From Macrostomum lignano (Eukaryota): a stretch of DNA of 64,000 nucleotides. Positions 61,701 to 64,000 of the stretch are shown here, one piece after another. The stretch lies in NCBI GenBank assembly GCA_002269645.1, contig NIVC01000173.1, forward strand, positions 1 to 64,000, in the 5' to 3' direction. The translations under genes were made by a program, and so were the position numbers. Position 1 is the first letter of the stretch; the number at the start of each line of letters is the position of its first letter. The notes beneath the pieces were generated by a model that saw only the letters and a list, made by a program, of their open reading frames with translations, made no database searches and was not told where the DNA came from.

Positions 61701-63504
61701 ATCGATCTCACCCTGCATCTCTCATTCTCATCTTCAAATCTCACCCTGCATCTCCCCTTTCTCATCTTCAAATCTCACCCTGCATCTTCCATTTCCCATC
61801 TTCAAATCTCACTCTGCATCCTCCATTTCCCATCTTCAAATCTCACCCTGCATCCTCCATTTCCCATCTTCAAATCTCACCCTGCATCTCTCATTTCCCA
61901 TCTTTAAATCTCACCCTGCATCTCTCATTTCCCATCTTTAAATCTCACCCTACATCCTCCATTTCCCATCTTTAAATCTCATCCTGCATCTTTCATTTCC
62001 CATCTTTAAATCTCACCCTGCATCTCTCATTTCCCATCTTTAAATCTCACCCTGTATCTCCCATTCTCATCTTCAAATCTCACCCTGCATCTCATTTCCT
62101 GTCTGCAAATCTCACCCTGTAGCTCCCATTCCCATCTGCAAATCTCACCCTGCATCTCCCCTTTCTCAACTTCAAATCTCCCCCCGCATCTCCCTTTTCT
62201 TATCTTCAAATCTCACCCTGCATCTCTCATTTCCCATCTGCAATATCTCCCTGTAAATCCATTTTTATCATCAAACCGTGCAGTGCAAATTCCATGCCAT
62301 TATTAATCTGCAAATTTAACTTCGCAATGTTTGGGAACAATTCATACTTTTTTAGGAAAAGTGTTTATGCCGCCTACAGAATCAACTTGCGGAAAAATTG
62401 GAAACCCAAGTTCCGATAAAAAAGAAACTCTTGAAGATTTTGTCGCGGCGTCATCCTTTGATGAAGCTGTCCAGACCCTTTTTTAATATTGCACGGGATC
62501 AAATGATTTGATTTTTTATTAGGCTTTGTTCTGAAATTGTTTTGGACTCTGAAGCAGCTGTTTACATCTCACCATAGCAACCTCAGAAATCTCACCCTCT
62601 CTGTACGGTGTCACCTTCATCTCTCATCACCTTTCATCTCTATATCCCGATCAGAAATTTCCTTTTACATCTATATCTCACCCAAATCTCGCCCTAAATC
62701 TTAGCCATATCTCACCTCAATCACAACCTAGATCTCATCATCTCACCTCAATCTCAACTTAGATCTCATCATCTCACCCCAATCTCAACCTAGATTTCAC
62801 CATCTCACTTTAATCTCAATCTAGATCTCACCATCTCACCCCAATCTCACCCTTAATCTTAACCATATCTCGCTCCAATCTCACCCTAAATCTTAAGCAT
62901 ATCTCACCCCAATCTCAACCTAGATCTCATCATTTCAACCCAATCTCAACCTAAATCTCATCATTTCACCCCAATCTCAACCTAGATCTTAACCATATCT
63001 CACCCCAATCTCAACCTAGATCTCACCATCTCACCCCAATCTCAATCCATCTCTCACCATCTCAACCCAGATCTCACCATCTCACCCCAATCTCAACCTA
63101 GATCTCACCATCTCAACCCAGATCTCACCATCTCACCCCAATCTCAACCTACATCCCACCCTAAGTCTCAACCCGATCTCACCCTACATTTGCATCTCCA
63201 CCACGCCGCCTTCAGCCACCCGCTAGCAGCTGCAGCGAAGCCTCCTGGCAAGTCGGCAGCGGTTTCGCCTACGAAGCTGCATCATCAGCAGCGGCAACAA
63301 CGGCAGCTCCTGCCGTCTCCACCACTGGCCACAGTCAGCGGCCGACTCGCCGTCGGTGCCGTCAACGGCGACGTCTCCGATCGGCAGATGCTGCTCCGGT
63401 CGACGTCTCTGCCAACGCCGCCGCCGCGTCAGCAGCATCGAGCGCTGCATTACCAGGAGAGCTGCCCGTTCGACACTGTGCACGTGGCCTTCACCGAGGT
63501 CTGA
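46703..63504 (+). CDS. Delta: Delta-type Notch ligand (signal peptide, MNNL/C2, DSL, 7 EGF, TM, intracellular tail with PDZ-binding motif), 762 aa
   Basis: Exons 46703-47053, 47177-47252, 47605-47859, 47978-48035, 50736-50872, 53708-53889, 54302-54593, 61006-61654 and 63216-63504 total 2289 nt with consistent phases. DSL: CPANHYGSSCHRLCVPRNDIVGHFTCDSQGRRVCMPGYTGSLC. TM: ILLAACGVLLPVTVLLLCLLSASC. C-terminus VAFTEV*. There is no cysteine-rich vWC domain, so it is not Serrate/Jagged-type. Confidence 0.92.
47293..47528. mobile_element. 236-bp hAT MITE (CAGGGGTCGG...CCGACCCTTG), TSD AATTATTC/ACTTATTC
   Basis: Typical hAT termini. The 8-bp TSD has 1 mismatch. Located in Delta intron 2. Confidence 0.8.
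48630..50590. repeat. 55-bp minisatellite (GAATTTGTGGGATTTGGGATTCACACAGTCTGGAATGGGGATCTGTTCGAGTTTA)n
   Basis: About 35 copies in Delta intron 4. Confidence 0.95.
51050..51350. repeat. ~42-bp minisatellite (CTGTATCGTGTGTCTTTGTCAACCTGACTGTGTCTTTGTCAG)n
   Basis: About 7 copies. Confidence 0.9.
52255..52500. repeat. 49-bp minisatellite (AGCGCTATTTTTGGCGCCAGAAACCATCATCTGTCGGCGCTAATAATAT)n
   Basis: About 5 copies. Confidence 0.85.
53215..53560. repeat. 27-bp minisatellite (CATAGGGATGAGATCTCATTGGTGTCT)n
   Basis: About 12 degenerate copies. Confidence 0.9.
53995..54200. repeat. 35-bp minisatellite (TTCTTCCCATGGTCCTCAATCAGTTGGGTCACCGC)n
   Basis: About 6 copies in the short Delta intron 6. Confidence 0.85.
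54720..55320. repeat. 33-bp minisatellite (GATAATCCACATGGCATAATTGCTTGGATTAGT)n
   Basis: About 18 copies. Confidence 0.95.
56020..56450. repeat. 43-bp minisatellite (GAATTTCAGGGATGTCATATCCCGCTGTGATCTGATTTC...)n
   Basis: About 10 copies. Confidence 0.9.
57190..57330. repeat. ~30-bp short tandem array (GAGATTTTAGATCTC.AATCGTAGGGGT)n
   Basis: About 5 degenerate copies. Confidence 0.75.
58140..59560. repeat. 25-bp minisatellite (GATGATTGCTACAGCACCAAAATGA)n
   Basis: More than 50 copies. Confidence 0.95.
61690..62250. repeat. 34-bp pyrimidine-rich minisatellite (ATCTCACCCTGCATCTCTCATTTCCCATCTTTAA)n
   Basis: Direct tandem repeat in the last Delta intron. Confidence 0.9.
62690..63185. repeat. ~30-bp degenerate minisatellite (CTCACCCCAATCTCAACCTAGATCTCACCAT)n
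   Basis: Direct tandem repeat ending just upstream of the last Delta acceptor. Confidence 0.85.
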
Positions 63505-63729
63505 GCTAGAGTCTGGCGCCTGTTCTGCACCACTGTTCCATTCATTCACTCAGCCGGGCACTTGCAAAACAATTCCACATTAATTTGCAATCGCGTGCGT
63601 AACTCGCGTTGAATTGTCCCAACAGTTGATTTACTGAATCACACTATGATATGTTGTTATCCCATTGGGATCCCAGTTTCATTGCTTTATGATTCCACAC
63701 TCCTACAATTACTCCTACAATCGCAATTC

Positions 63730-64000
63730 CCATACTCTTGGGATCCCACACACACACTCAACCCTAGAATCCCATACTCTTGAGATCGCACACACACTCA
63801 ACCCTAGAATCCCATACTCTTGAGATCCCACACACACACTCAACCCTAGAATCCCATACTCTTGAGATCCCACACACACACTCAACCCTAGAATCCCATA
63901 CTCTTGAGATCCCACACACACACTCAACCCTAGAATCCCATACTCTTGAGATCCCACACACACACTCAACCCTAGAATCCCATACTCTTGAGATCCCACA
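63730..64000. repeat. 42-bp minisatellite (CACACACACACTCAACCCTAGAATCCCATACTCTTGAGATCC)n
   Basis: Runs off the end of the window. Confidence 0.9.

Noticed and set aside
1-64000. tRNA, rRNA or SL RNA genes
   Set aside because: I recognised no cloverleaf with A/B boxes, rRNA-like segment or SL exon by eye. A tRNAscan-SE or Infernal run would be needed to exclude them formally.

Overview
Animal nuclear genomic DNA, not prokaryotic. GC/Ala/Gln-rich exons are separated by introns that each carry their own minisatellite. This style most resembles a macrostomid flatworm such as Macrostomum, which is an inference from composition and not proven. I assembled four host genes by hand using GT-AG junctions with consistent phases: (1) an MFSD4/NAGLT1-like MFS transporter (minus, 1795-9229, possible first micro-exon at 12830-12850); (2) an intronless HERPUD (minus, 12977-13927); (3) a ~1800-aa centrosomin/CDK5RAP2/myomegalin-family protein with CM1 and CM2 motifs (plus, ~16828/23389-42371), whose key CM1 exons are absent from the ORF track; (4) a Delta-type Notch ligand (plus, 46703-63504; 762 aa; MNNL, DSL, 7 EGF, TM, C-terminal FTEV). 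One centrosomin intron contains a 5.1-kb CACTA/CMC-like element (CCC termini, CT target duplication, subterminal repeats). It has no recognisable own transposase but carries a spliced coiled-coil + BEN-like gene, a deleted mariner and a MULE-type MITE. Several other MITEs have clear 8-bp TSDs. The most unusual signals are the BEN-carrying element, tandem arrays built from splice signals inside the centrosomin gene, and a possible HERPUD-MFS operon. Most long ORFs in the track are minisatellite artefacts. I found no rRNA, tRNA or CRISPR array.
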